Below, in pieces: positions 1 to 13,087 of a stretch of DNA of 64,000 bases. Location: the NCBI GenBank assembly GCA_964016885.1, contig OZ024740.1:219542001-219606000 (forward strand), given 5' to 3'. A model generated the notes under the pieces. That model made no database searches. It saw only the letters and a list, made by a program, of their open reading frames with translations, and had not been told where the DNA came from. A program made the position numbers and the translations under genes. Position 1 is the stretch's first letter. Each line of letters starts with the position of its first letter. The DNA is from Eledone cirrhosa (lineage: Eukaryota).

Positions 1-387
1 TCTGTACACCAGTGAAGATACTATAGATATTCGAATTGACAAACTGGTTTTTTATATATTTTCTACTAAAACATTATAGGATGTTAAGAGTTAAATAAGG
101 AGATAGATAGTGGGGCATTGCTGGGTGAGTATATCTGCCATCATTTACAGTGAAGCCTGTTTTAGATATTAAGGGTTGTGACAGCAGTTATCATCAACAG
201 GCATGAGCAAACACTTAGTGTTTGGAAAGATATGAGACTGCCAAAACAGCTGATTCTGATGAAGAGAAATGGATGAGAAAGAAATGGTGATGCCATCAGT
301 ATCTGATACTGAATTTAAAATGTATACTATCATGGTATTTCCTATTCACATATGGTTTGGTGGCAATCCCCCCCCCATCTCTCTCTT

Positions 388-420
<33 letters not shown>

Positions 421-614
421 CATATATGCATGCACATGTACACACACACTCGAAAATACACTCATGCGCACACATGAACAAATACACATATACATACACA
501 TGCATGCACACACACAAATACATACACATGTGTGCACACAACTTATAAATGACTTTGCTGTATTTACAATTTTTCCTTTTTTTTCCTCTTAATTGTTCTC
601 CACATACACACACA

Positions 615-645
<31 letters not shown>

Positions 646-905
646 TCTCTCTCTCTCTCTCTCTCCTGTCTATATTGACCTAAAATGTTTTGTCTAACAA
701 AAGTAACAAAAAATCAAAAGCAGACATAAATTCTTCTGTGGTGTATGTCCTACTTTCAACTTTGTAGTGGTTCTTTGCACTTTGTAGATTCCTACCAGCT
801 GTCATGTCAAAAGTATATCTCATTCTCATCTTTAACCCTTTCTTTACCCATATTGCTAATATTTCTAATGAAATATATACCAAGGTTTTCAAATCATTAT
901 GAAAG

Positions 906-1090
906 GCGGTGAATTGGCAGTATCGGTAGAGGCTAGGACATGCTTTCCAGCATAGTTACGTCCCTTTATGATCTGAGTTCAAATCCCGCCGAGGTTAACT
1001 TTGCCTTTCATCCATACGGGGTCGATAAAATAAAGTACCAGTAATGTACTGGGTAATTGCTGGCCTTGTGCCAAAAGTAGAAACAATTAT
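906..1090 (+). mobile_element. tRNA-derived SINE, Meta-core family
   Basis: A-box-like TGGCAGTATCGG, B-box GAGTTCAAATCC and core GCCTTTCATCC..GGGGTCGATAAAATAAAGTACC. TSD attatgaaag at 896-905 and 1086-1095. Confidence 0.9.
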
Positions 1091-1230
1091 GAAAGTAATC
1101 CAGATTTTTTTTTGTATTTAGTAATATAACTAATTTTCAAATTTTTGTTCTGGTGTTTGGAGCATAGCTTAACAGAGTTTCTTAATTGAAATTATTATGG
1201 AAGGCTTTTAGATAAATATAAACGCTTTAA

Positions 1231-1452
1231 CCCTTTAGCATTTACATTACTCTATATTTATTATTGTATTTTTCATGATAAAGGCTTGACCTCACATAAT
1301 TATCTCACATGTTATCGAATCTATGAGATTTTGATATTATTTATTAGGGGAACAATACCCTAACATCAGTATGAATGGCCAGTTACAGCTGGTTTGTACT
1401 GAAAGAGGTGAGAGAATTCTGGATAAATATGGCTGGTTTAAATGCCAAAGGG
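1231..1452 (+). mobile_element. piggyBac-like MITE (family A)
   Basis: TTAA TSDs and TIR CCCTTTAGCATT/AATGCCAAAGGG; similar copies at 16701, 32168, 53963 and 54177. Confidence 0.88.
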
Positions 1453-1844
1453 TTAAAATAAGTAGCTTTTTATCATAGAAATAATCAGGACTGGTTTTAG
1501 ATGATTTGATATCAAAAGGGTTGAATTAATATGTTGTCCACAATACTGGGATTTTGATGTGTGTGTCCAGGTGGACTGAACAGTGCCTTGTGTACCAGAG
1601 TAAGACATTCCATTTCACATTACTCCAGTTTACTCAGCTGAAAGTGAGCACCAACTATAGTTGGGGAATTTATCCTATAACAAACTGTTTTATCTGCCAG
1701 ATAGGAGTCTTATACTCTCAGTCTTATAATGCTAATGAAACTAAATGCTGGCCTGATGAGCATTTGGACTTGGAACAGACTTTAACTTTAACCTTTCATT
1801 ATATAAGTCTATGTAAGGGTGGTAGATTGATAATATCAACAGAG

Positions 1845-2035
1845 CACCAGACAACATGCTTTGTGGCAATGAGTTATGGCTCTTTACATTCTGATTTCAA
1901 ATCTCGCCGAGGTTAGTTTTGCCTTTCATCCTTAAGGGGTCAATAAAATAAAGTACCAGTAATGCACTGGAATTGATTTAAAAGACTTTTCCCTCTCTGA
2001 AAATTGTTGGCCTCATGCTTAAATTAGAAACCATT
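1845..2035 (+). mobile_element. Meta-core SINE, diverged
   Basis: Same B-box, core and TAGAAACCATTAT end as 906-1090. Confidence 0.75.
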
Positions 2036-2046
2036 ATATAAGCTTA

Positions 2047-2384
2047 CTCTCGAGTCCCAAATGATAAGGGTGGGTTGGAATAAGTAGGGGAGGGGCCAAT
2101 CAGTAAGTTTTTTAGGTTGTTTTTTAAAAACCAGAATTAGTCATTTATTAAGACCCTGATCCACCGTATTTATTTTATAATGTATGAGATTTCTAGTAAT
2201 GTACTTTTTTTGCCATCTATAATGTTTCTTTAATTCATAAGGAAAATTAATTGTCGCAGGAATGCTACCATTTAAAATAAAATTTTGCTGGAGATAGATT
2301 AACAAAATTTATTAAGGAGGGTGCTGGGGGATCTGAAAAATTAATAAGCATGGGGGTGGGGGAAGATTATTTGAGACCCAAGAG
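2047..2384. mobile_element. Tc1/pogo-type MITE
   Basis: TA flanks and imperfect TIR CTCTCGAGTCCCAAATGAT / ATTATTTGAGACCCAAGAG. Confidence 0.6.
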
Positions 2385-2584
2385 TATGTCTCTTCATTCA
2401 AAGTTGTTTTCTTTTCTGACAAAGAAGGAATACATCTGATGTTAGTGAGTGATTAACATTGCAGCTGGCATAGATTGCTTAGACTGAAAACTGCTTGTTT
2501 TGTTCCATCATTCATAATTTATCTATTGTATATTGTCACATGACTTAGACATGAAGTTTTGAGAGTGATGAAGGCTCTATGCCT

Positions 2585-3180
2585 TCTTCTTTGTTTAGTT
2601 ATTCCTGAGAGGGTTGTGGCGGCAGAGACCTCAAACACTCCTTCCAGTAGGTCCTGTAAGAAGCAACTGTCTCCAACTGATCCGGCTGGATGTCCAAACA
2701 AGACCAACCAAGTTTATGTGTGTTATCCAACCATCTTGCCCAGAGTCTACTCCTGGGACTCCTGCCGGGTGGTTTTGCCCGTAAAATCTGTCCAGCGATT
2801 CTTTCCTGAGACATTCTAACCACATGCCCATAATATATCAGAGCTGTCATCTCTCAATTTGGAGGAGTAGCAGCTCTACCTGGAGTGACTCTCTGATTTC
2901 CGAGCTATGCACTCTATTGGGTAACATTACTCCAAAAACCCTAACCCTAACCCATTTCAGTCGCTTGTATTTGCAATTGTATTCTTTCGGTCATTACTCA
3001 AGATTCAAGACCATAGGTAAGGGTTGGCACAAATATCGAATTGAAGGCTTTTCCACCTACCTCTATTATTCTCATTACTGAAAGCTGAAGCTGGCACATT
3101 ACTGCACCAGCTTCTGCAATTCTTGCACTTAATTCGGCCTCCTGCCTTCCATCACTCGTGAACATGGCCCCGAGATAATT
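2585..3180 (-). mobile_element. RTE-clade (Expander/Rex3-like) LINE 3' fragment
   Basis: Minus-strand translation YYGHVVRMSQERIAGQILRAKPPGRSPRSRLWARWLD is a typical RTE ORF C-terminus; it is frameshifted. Confidence 0.75.
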
Positions 3181-3801
3181 TGAGGATATAATTCCCCCCT
3201 CTCTCTCAACATCTCAGAGGTCATGTCATTTTAAGCCCACAGAAATTAATATAACTAATATGAATATTATTTTTAAAAAGGCTCTATGTGAAAATAATTA
3301 TTCCTATTAGTTCTATTAATTTCTGTGTGCTTAAAATAGCTTGACCTCTGAGATTGGTGGGAGAGAGGAAGGAATCATATCCTCAACTGGAGACCTGGCC
3401 TGAATACTTGCAATAGACTGATCTTTTTTAAAGACACACAAGGACCAGGAAGTAGTGTTAAACCAGGTGATAGACAATGTCACACAAATGAGTAATTACT
3501 TTGATAATTTGGTAGAGATTGAAGCCCTCATCTATTCCTTGCATACCGTGCCTTAACCATGGAGTTGAGGCATAGCTGTGTATTATAAATACTGTAAGGT
3601 TTATGAACAGATACCATACCTGCCCAAATTGAACCACAAGGAATGTGTAAAAATGGACTGTTCAATTTAATCAGTAAAATTATTATCATTTTATTTAAAT
3701 TATGCAAATTATACTGACTAAAAATTATTCATAATAGTTTTTCTGTATCTTTTTCTAAAATCTGACAACTGATCTGCTGGTTTGGTTAGACTATGGTTTT
3801 A

Positions 3802-3842
3802 TTATGCTGATGAGGTACAATAAAACCAAAACATGTCCATAG
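3802..3842 (+). ncRNA. Minimal type I hammerhead ribozyme relic (G12A)
   Basis: ttatg-CTGATGA-ggt/acaataaa/acc-AAAA-C-AT-G-TC-catag. All stems pair; the core GAAA reads AAAA, consistent with CpG decay. Confidence 0.6.
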
Positions 3843-3888
3843 TTGTCCTTTGCATGCCATGAAATATCAGACATAAACATGTGAATTA

Positions 3889-4052
3889 CTGTATATAATC
3901 GAATATAATCCTATATTGACCCCTATTTTATGTCTGAGAAATGGGCAAAAATTTAAACACCATTTATAAGCTGAGGCAGCTGATCAACACATCATTTTAC
4001 CATTGATTTTTTGGTCACATGTTCCTCAGCTTATATTTGAGTATATATATGG
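3889..4052. mobile_element. pogo/Tc2-like MITE
   Basis: TA TSD and TIR C(C/T)RTATATAxTCGAATATAA; second copy at 24144-24343. Confidence 0.75.
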
Positions 4053-4509
4053 TAAATATGATAGATTCATTTTTAAATTCTTGAAATGATCTCCCCTTTC
4101 AGTATCTCTAGCAATTGTTCCTTGGTTTTAGCTTTCTTTCTCCAACTATGAGGAAAATTTCTATTAATTAAGAATTTTTTGGCATAAGTCATTTAGTGCA
4201 TCTAATGATACATTGTATGAAAACAAAATAACAAAAATACAGTTTAATAGAATTCATTTCCAGCATTAACTTCCTGCGACTGCTCTTGGTGTTGTTACAT
4301 AACTGTTTGTTTTAAAGTGTTTGTTTCTATTGAAAAAGTTCACATTGTAATTTTATATAAAAACCTTTAAGTTATATTCCAAACATCAGCTCGATGATGA
4401 AAAAGTTTGCTATATTGATTATTTTCAAAATTATTTGAAAATCCAAAGCTGTCTTTTATCATAAATATCATAATGAAAGGGTTAAAAATTTGACAGATAA
4501 TTTTCTCCA

Positions 4510-4965
4510 TTTGAAGAAATGTTATATCAATACCGGATATACTGTTTCCCAGGATTCAAAGATATGTTATTTCAAAGAGATAAAAGCAATATAAAGAAAT
4601 GTTATTTCACTACAGGATATATCATTATATATTGTTGCTTCTTACTAACATAATTTCCTAGTTATATATATTTTAAAGAAATGTTATTCTAATACTGGAC
4701 ATAGCATTGTCTAATGATTCTAGATGGAAGCACTTTGAAGAAATGTTATTTCAATATTGGACATATCATTATCCAGGATTTAAAGAATCATTATTTCAAA
4801 ACAGGACATGCCATTACCCAGTGTCTATTTGAAAGTAAAGTGAAATGATTTAAAGAACAATTATTTCACTACTGGATATAGTGCTATTTAATGTTCCTTT
4901 GAAAATAGAGTGAAATGATTTGAAGAAAGGTTATTGCAATATTGCCATTATCCAGAATTTGAAGG
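4510..4965. repeat. Degenerate tandem repeat with core TTT(G/A)AAGAAATGTTATTTCAATACTGGA
   Basis: The motif recurs about 7-8 times at irregular spacing. Confidence 0.65.
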
Positions 4966-5276
4966 ATTGACTCGAGAGAATATTTTGATGTCTGGCAGCA
5001 GCATCCTTAGGGACAGAGGGGTACATTGGTTCTCACCTAATTCTCACTGGGTTCTGGGACGTTTTTCAGCCAAACCCTGAGAATTGCTTATGGTGGCAGG
5101 CTAAACTTAGTGAGGGACTGGACACTTGGAGAGCAGACGGGCACTGCCAAGCATTTCATTGAAATGCCATGTTAGATACATAGTAAGATGTCTAGAGTGG
5201 CACTTCACTGACTAGCGGTACCAGTTACAGGAACTTGATTCACTGAGATATCAGAGTCAGAAGTAGGTTGGCCATT

Positions 5277-6200
5277 GGGGTGTTCTCTGTAGGCCTTGGA
5301 CCAGGAGTGTTCTCTTTGGGCCTTGGACCAGGAGTGTTCTCTTTGGGCCTTGGATCTGGGTGTATTCAGTGAGTCTTGGTTCTAGAGTGTTCTCTGTGGG
5401 CCTTGGACCAGGAGTGTCCTCTGTGGGCCTTGGATCTGGAGTGTGCTCTGTGACCCTTGTATCTAGAGTGTACTCTGTGAATCTTGGACCTGGGGTGTTC
5501 TCTGTGGGCCTTGGACTTGGGGTGTTCTCTGAGGGCCTTGGATCTAGGATGTTCTCTGTGAGCCTTGGATTGGGGTGTACTCTGAGTCTTGGCTCTAGAG
5601 TGTTCTCTGTGGGCCTTGGATCTGGGTGTACTCTGTGAGCCTTGGACCTGGGGTGTTCTTTGTGGGCCTTGGACCTGGGGTGTTCTCTATGAGCCTTGGA
5701 TCTGGGGTGTTCTCTGTGATCCTTGGATCTGGGGTGTACTCTGTGAGTCTTGGCTCTAGAGTATTCTCTGTGGCCTTGGATCTAGCATGTTCTCTGTGAG
5801 CCTTGGATTGGGGTGTACTCTGAGAGTCTTGGATCTGGAGTGTACTCTGCGGGGCTTGGACTTGGGGTGTTCTCTGTGGGCTTTGGACCTGGAGTGTTCT
5901 CTGTGGGCCTTGGAACTAGGGTGATCTCTGTGGGCCTTGGTCCAGGGGTGTCCTCTGTGGACCTTGGAACTAGGATGTTCTCTGTGAGCCTTGGATCTGG
6001 GGTGTTCTCTGTCAACCTTGGAACTAGGGTGTTCTCTGTGAGCCTTGAATCTGGGGTGTTCTCTGTGAGCCTAGGATCTGGGGTGTATTCTGAGTCTTGG
6101 CTCTAGAGTGTTCTCTGTAGGCCTTGGATCTGGGGTGTTCTCTGTGAGCCTTGGCTCTAGAGTGTTCTCTGTGAGCCTTGGATAGGGTGTACTCTGTGTG
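5277..6200. repeat. 27-bp GC-richer minisatellite (GTGTTCTCTGTGGGCCTTGGAYCTGGG)n
   Basis: About 34 head-to-tail units, which explain the VFSVGLGxG pseudo-ORFs. Confidence 0.95.
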
Positions 6201-7103
6201 ACTTGGGTGTTAAAGACAATTTCTTAGCTAGGCCCCAGTCTAATTACTGAAACCATTAAAAGAATAAAAGAATAATGAACATGCCACACACTCAACTCAA
6301 CTGTTTGTAACAACTGTGTTGAGAACTGTTAAATATTTCTATCATAACCAAGTTTACTTGCATTAATCAAAATATTTTCTAGATTCAATTTTCTAAGAAA
6401 AACGATCAAATAATAATAAATCTGTTAAGTTATTAATTCATTTCTAAGTATCTGCTTCTAAGTTGATGACACTGCCATTATCACTGTTCTTTCACTGAAA
6501 AATCAATATAGAGTTCATTGTTTATGCCATGTTTTATTCTCAGACTTTTGTCTATACTTCTGATAAATCCTCACAAGACTATAGTCAATAATATCATGTG
6601 CTTTGGCTTTCATCTACAGGGTCATTCTCAAAAAAGAAAAAAATTCTTTTTTGATAATGAAGATTAATTCGTTTTTAAGAAGGCATGACAAATTTGAGAC
6701 AATTGATATAAACAGTATTGAGTTTTTGTGAAACTTTCTATTCTGTATACAATTGAAAATATTCGTAGTATAGTAACTCATTTTTTTTTTTATTGTTTAG
6801 TCTGATCCTTTTTATGTGTTGAGCTTTAGATGTTTTTTTCTTTCTTTATTTTCTTTTTTTTTGGTGTGTGTGTGTGGGGGGGGGGATTGCTCTTTTCTAA
6901 CCACAAGCAAGGTAATAAAGCCACTAAAATGTAAGAGATTACTGAGAATGTTTTTCCTTTACTTGGCAAGGCAATAGAATTACTAAAATACAAAGGTTAG
7001 GGGAAGGAAGGAGGGGAAGGCACTACCAATAATCCTTTTCATGTTATTTTGTTTTTAGCTTCAGAGGGTTTTTTGTGGGGTGTTTCTTTGTTAGCCACAA
7101 GCT

Positions 7104-7862
7104 AAGAGAGTACGTTCGAAGCAGTAGAAGCAAACCTCAACTGAGCCCTGGATGAGCTACTCCTCTACTACAAGAGCAACCACCTGCACACAAACCCTGC
7201 GAAGACTCAATCCTGCTCGTTCCATCTCAGGAACCAGGAAGCCAACCAACCTCTTAACATCACATGGTCAGGAACACCACTTGAGAACTGCACCAATCCT
7301 GTCTACCTTGGCGTAACCCTGGACCACACCCTCTCATTCAAGGAACACATCAAAAACATCAAATTGAAAGTCAGCTCCCGAAGCAACATCCTACGGAAAC
7401 TGACCAACTCCAAATGGGGAGCCACAGGACACACTTTAAGATGTACTTCCTTGGCCATGTGCTATATTCCTCTGGTGAGTACGCGTGTCCTGTTTGGGAG
7501 AGTCAACCCATGCCAGTAAACTAGACCCAGCATTGAACAACACCTGCCGTTTGATCACTGGTTGCCTGAAGCCTACTAACCTGAACAACCTGCATCTCCT
7601 CGGTGACACTCAACCACCTGAGAACAGGAATGGGGTGATCAAAAGCTGCTATGGCCAGATGGGGCAACAAGACCGGCCCAACCATCTGCGAATGTGGAGA
7701 GGAGGACCATATGATGCAGCACTGCCTTGTTTGCCCTCTACTACCCAACCAGTGCAGCTTCAAAGATCTCGCAGAATTTAATAATAATGCAAAGGACTGT
7801 GTAAAGAAATGGGAAACTGTCATATAACCACATGCTTCGAAGATACGAAAAGAAGAAGAAGA
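7104..7862 (+). mobile_element. RTE-X (RTEX) LINE, 5'-truncated and internally deleted
   Basis: Translation NPAKTQSCSFHLRNQEAN..PVYLGVTLDHTLSFKEHI..LTNSKWGA..EYACPVW, a (GAA)n tail, and a TSD-like agc(c/t)acaagc on both sides. Confidence 0.85.
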
Positions 7863-8055
7863 AGCTACAAGCAAGGCAATGAAGCCACTAAAATGCAAGG
7901 GGCTAGTGAGTATGTTTTTCCTAAGTAATGCAATACTGCTAATAAAATACAAGGGGTTACTGAGAAGGAAGAAAAACAAGACAGAGAGAACATAGTTCAA
8001 GGAGAGAGAAGGTGATGATTGATATTGCTTTTGAAGTTTTGTAAATTATATCTCC

Positions 8056-8584
8056 CCTTGCCCGGGGAGAAAAAAACTAATTGGAGTTACTTCCTGTTGA
8101 ATTCTAGAGGATTCCTTGAACTTCCGGTCTAGGGATTATAAAGGAGGGAGAAAAGAGACATCTTGGCTTATTTGGCGACCAGCTCTTGGACAGTTCACTC
8201 ATGAGCGAGTTTGTTAACCTTATTATATCTGTATCAAATTAAATTAGTGGTTGGCCTGCAGTGGCGTTTTACCAAAGTAAATAACCCTGTGATCAATTCA
8301 CTAAAGTCGACGTGATATGAACACGCAGCCTTCTGATTAAATTAGTGAATTGGTCACAGGGTTATTTACTTTGGTAAAACGCCACTGCAGGCCAACCACT
8401 AATTTAATTCGATACAGATATAATAAGGTTAACAAACTCGCTCGTGAGTGAACTGTCCGAGAGCCGATTGCCAAATAAGATGTCTCTTTTCTCCCTCCTT
8501 TATAATCCCTAGACTGAAAGTTCAACGAATCCTCTAGAATTCAACGGGAAGTAACTCCAATTAGTTTTTTCTCCCCGGGCAAGG
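8056..8584. repeat. Long inverted repeat (foldback) with ~250-bp arms and ~37-bp spacer
   Basis: 8056-8304 is the reverse complement of 8342-8584 with scattered mismatches; the terminal motif is repeated again at 8729-8775. Confidence 0.95.
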
Positions 8585-8774
8585 TGGCGCTAGTCGCTAC
8601 AAGGCTCCCCTCCAGACGATAGTCGATAATAACCGTAAAGTCATTGTAGCGAGGAGCCGTAGAATAAGGAACAAGCAAAACAAAAGGTGCATAAATTACA
8701 ATGGTTTGTAACAGAAGCAAAGTATGAAAATTAGTTTTTTCTCCCCGGGCAATGTGGCGCTAGTCGCTACAAGT

Positions 8775-9060
8775 CGTTAGGAAGGCTAGAAGCTGGAAGA
8801 GAATTCCATAGGTGAGATGTGAAAATTGTAATGAATTTAACCCAGTTTCCATATCTGGAGATTTAGTAGTCTTTGTATGAGTACAAAGATTTCTTCAGCC
8901 CATAGATGTTTGATGTGTATGCTTATCATTTTGTCAGGTCCTGGGGCTTTTGTGGACTCTAGATTTCCCTTTTGCTTTTTGGATCTTCAATTTATTACTT
9001 TTTTTGCTGTTTAATTGCAAAGACCTGTTTAAAAGCAAAGACCTGCTCCAAATGCTTGCA
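8775..9060 (-). mobile_element. CR1/Jockey-group LINE remnant
   Basis: Minus strand encodes LESTKAPGPDK (RT N-terminal motif) and a ...HLWNSLP C-terminal motif, with a large deletion between them. Confidence 0.5.
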
Positions 9061-9324
9061 GCAGAGGGGACTCCTCTAAAGGCACACAAAGGTCAGATGG
9101 TGATAGATTAAGTCTACCACCGAAGTAGACCATAGCAGTTAGTGAATACAGAACACAAAAACCCAGATCAACTATTTCTAGGTATTTCATTTGATCCACT
9201 GCTCTGGGCTGGAACATTATTTTATCAAGCCCCAATGGACGAAAAACTAAGATGACTACATGTGTGTATGACTAGATGGCTTTGTTGTATATATTGGTTT
9301 CTGAATTAGGCAGAATGCTAACAA

Positions 9325-9500
9325 TTTATGGGGAGGGGAAAGTCGATTATATGAACCCAGTGCATTACCAGTACTTTATTTTATCAACCCTGTCAGGATG
9401 AAAGGCAAAACTAACCCGGGCGGGATTTGAACTCAGAACGTAAAGGGCCATAACTATATGCAGCAAAACATGTTTTCCAATACTGCCAATCCACTGCCTT
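9325..9500 (-). mobile_element. Meta-core SINE
   Basis: Reverse complement of the 906-1090 family. Confidence 0.8.
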
Positions 9501-10329
9501 TTTGTTGTATATAATAATAAACAATCTGAGATATTCTCTTTTCAATAATTATTTTGCATATAATTAATCAGCATCTTCATTACCATTATTTTCACATAAA
9601 ATGTTTTGATGATCAGAAGGTTTAATCTCACACTGAATTCAAATCCCATTGGTGTCAACTTTACCTTTCATACATATGGGGGTGACAAACTAAAGTAACA
9701 GTTCAGGGTGGTGAATTGGCTCAACTGTTTGAGAGTTTGACAAGATTCCTTGTGGTAATTGTTCTAGCCATTTGCATTCTGAGTTCAAATCCTGCTATGG
9801 TGTAGTTGATTGGTAGACTTAATTTATTCCCCTAGTTTAACACCATCATCTGGCCCTTTGATGTCTAACTGAGTTTGCTCTTTTGTAAGCATTCAGACCA
9901 ACTCTCCAATTTGAGAACTGAAGAGACTTTCCCCCCTCTCTCGTATGTGTCTGAGAGCCCTTGAAAAGAGTCATGGCACTGCTCATATCTCCCTAAACAA
10001 TAAAATCACAAAAAAAAAGAAAATAACATCTCTTATCTCATCTGTAATACTGAATATTATGTAACCTGATTTCAGCTTTTTTCAAATATAGATAGCTTCC
10101 ATTATCAGCATATCAAGGCTTTTTCACTCAGCATGTAATGTCTATTCATACTTGTGCAACTACCTTTTAAATGCATCATCTTATACCTTCATAATACCCA
10201 GCTGTTTTCTCAGTTCAGATGTGCTGTATAGCTTACATGTAAATTAATGTTCTGTATCTAATGGATAATATTCAACTTATTTCTCTCCAGTCTTCACACA
10301 TCTTCTATATTTAATGTCTCAAAATGTAG

Positions 10330-10710
10330 CATCTCAACAATTACAAACACTTTCTAGTGCTAGTGCCTTGATAAAATATACCCAATTCACTGTTAGGTAG
10401 TTGATTATCAAACAGAGACAATGTAGGGTAGAGGAGACTTTCTAGTCTTGCTGAGGACATGACAACTTCTGTAGCGCTGGTGTCATGATAAAATGCCCCC
10501 AAAACACTCTGTAAAGTAGTTGGTATCAGAGAGAGTATCCAACCATAGAAACCATGCCCAAATGTTGAATGTATGAGCATCCCATGGTCTTTGGTCATCT
10601 AGGAAGGCAGTAACTCTTAATAAGAACTTACTGGGACTGCAACATTCCATCAAACCCACACCATCATGGAAAGTGGATGTAAAATGACGAGATGATAAAG
10701 ATGATGATGA
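10330..10710 (+). mobile_element. RTE-tailed SINE / RTE 3' UTR remnant
   Basis: Ends CATGGAAAGTGGATGTAAAATGACGAGATGAT..; a related copy lies at ~43990-44620. Confidence 0.6.
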
Positions 10711-10879
10711 CTTTATACAGTCCTGATTTTCATGTGAAAAACAAAACTCTGTGTTATCAATAGAGATAACAGTTCTCTGAAATTTGTCTCCCCTTTTCTT
10801 ACACTCTCCCTCATACACTGAATACAAGCATTCTAGCTTTAGCTATATCACCTATCTTCAAATACTTATCAATACTGTT

Positions 10880-11080
10880 GCCTTACTGTCAGAATCAAGA
10901 GCATCAGATAATATTTTGTGGTATTCATTGTAGTTCATTATGTTTTGAGTTCATATCTAGCTGAGGTCAACTTTGCCTTTTATCCTTCTGGAGTTTTATA
11001 AAGTACCAGTCAAATAGTGGGGTCAGTATAATCGATTTTCCCTTAAAATTGCCAGCCTTGTGCCTAAATTAGAAACCATT
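10880..11080 (+). mobile_element. Meta-core SINE, diverged
   Basis: Family core and 3' end are present. Confidence 0.7.
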
Positions 11081-11134
11081 GTTGACAACAACAAAGCTTT
11101 TGACTCTGCTGTCCACTTAGTCACAGCTTCTTAA

Positions 11135-11542
11135 CCCTTTTGATACCATATCTCCAATGAAATACAGTATATACTCAAATATTTTGAAAAACGAAAAAAA
11201 TTAGATAAATTTAGTAATATTGCTTGATTATCAAGCTGATGTCAGATCTTTATGTTCTGGGTTCAAATCTCACCGATGTCAACTTTGCTTTTCATCCTCC
11301 CATGGTTGATAAAATAAAGTTCCAGTCAAATACTGAGCTTGATATGATTGAATGTTCACTCTCCATAAATCACTGGCTTTTCACCTAAATTAGAAATCAT
11401 TATCCTTATTATGCTGAGATTTGGAATATAATTTAAAATAAAATTGTAATGCAAGATTTTAATTTAAATAAGAGCACTATAAATGGAGCAGTTATATTTC
11501 ATAAAACCAGGGACAGTTTCAGGCAGGTTGGTATCAAAAGGG
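11135..11542. mobile_element. piggyBac-like MITE (family B) with a nested Meta-core SINE (~11245-11403)
   Basis: TTAA TSDs and TIR CCCTTTTGATACCA/TGGTATCAAAAGGG. Confidence 0.85.
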
Positions 11543-12313
11543 TTAAAAACAGCACTGTCTAGTGAACTGTTTTTCTAGCTACCAAGACCATGCCAAGACT
11601 TTAGAGTTTGTTGCTAGAGTTAACTCAAATATCCACAATCCCTGCATTAGTTTGCTGAATAAACCCCAAACAAAAAGACACATCTCCAACATACCTCTAC
11701 ACCTGTTTAATACAACACAGAAATATCACCATTCTCATTGTCACCATCTTCTTCCCCTCCTCCTCCTCATCATCAGCAGTAACAGGAACAGCAACATCAC
11801 CTTCACCATCATTAGCATCTATCCTCCTCTTCTCCACCTCATCATCATCATTATTACCACCACCACCACCATCATCATCAATAACCCCAATGGTGAGTGT
11901 TCTGGCTAAGTCCACCATGTCTGTCTCTGTTATGGCCACCACCAGAATCTGTAAGCATATGAGCCAACAAGGGAGTCTCTAAATAATCTAAATCTGCTAG
12001 AAATAGTAGCCAAATCTTCTTAAAATGACACTCTACCATGTTAAAACAAAGGACACATTTGATGATGTGATCATATATATACTCATATCTAAAATAAAAA
12101 AAACATGACAGGATGGTCACACTTAGAATTACCTTTCATCATAGATCTGTTTAATAAAAAAATTCCTAGGGTTAAACAACAACAACAACAACAACAACAA
12201 CAGGCATACAGAAATAGACTGGACATTGAAGAGACTGCAACATACCCAGGTTGTCACACACTCCTATGATAAACTACTACATGTTGGAATATGCAGTATG
12301 GTATAATAGAATC

Positions 12314-12664
12314 CAGTGGAACCTTCGTCCATGAACTTAAATCATTCTTGAATGCCATTCAACATCTGAGATGTTCTTAAACCGAGACTATTTTTCCCAT
12401 ACAAAATGTTGAAAAAGAAATACAGTGAGTGGGGGGCTTGAGAGGCTATGTGTGAAAGACAGATAGATATAACCATAGTAACTAACTACACAATAAATGA
12501 TGCCTTCCTGTTGATACTCCCAGCTTGTTGCCAACTGTTGTTGGTGGCTTGTGTGTTTGTTACTCAAGACACCGTTCATCACCCAAGACGCTTTATGTTC
12601 CGAAAAACTGTGTGTGAACCAATTTATTTATGATTAGAGCCATTCATGAACCGAGGTTCCATTG
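12314..12664. mobile_element. Tigger-like MITE
   Basis: TIR CAGTGGAACCTTCGTCCATGAA / TTCATGAACCGAGGTTCCATTG followed by TA. Confidence 0.7.
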
Positions 12665-13087
12665 TATATATAATATAGCCATGGATTATTTGAATTACTT
12701 GATCTGTATATCATTATCTGAGCAGCGTTCTATTGGCCATATGTCAACTTACTCATGGCTATCCTAGGGTTACACAATGTCAAACAATTCTGTCAATTAG
12801 TTAACAAATTCTCTTAACTATGTCTAGCAATCAGTGCCTCCAGCATTTTTATTTCAATTTCCAAATAAAATTTTTAAAGATTGCTTTTGTTTTGTTTTTT
12901 TAATTGTCTTCTGTTTGATGCCTCCAATCCTGAACGGAATTCTTAATTAGTGTTATATTCACCTTAATGACATTGCAAGAAAAGATCCATACTCGTAGTT
13001 TGTGGAAATACCTTTTGGCAGAATATTGAATTTTGAAAACAAATGTTGGGGTTCAAGCAATTTAAGGTGTCTTTTAATAAATTTTAA

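Larger units (their letters stand above)
834..1523. mobile_element. Degenerate piggyBac-like MITE (family B) hosting a SINE and a second MITE
   Basis: ttaaCCCTTT at the left end and tatcaaaAGGGttga at the right end; the interior resembles the copies at 11135 and 13088. Confidence 0.5.

Noticed and set aside
5277-6200. Regular repeat array resembling a CRISPR or an elastomeric protein gene
   Set aside because: There are no unique spacers or cas genes, the context is eukaryotic, and indels break the frames.
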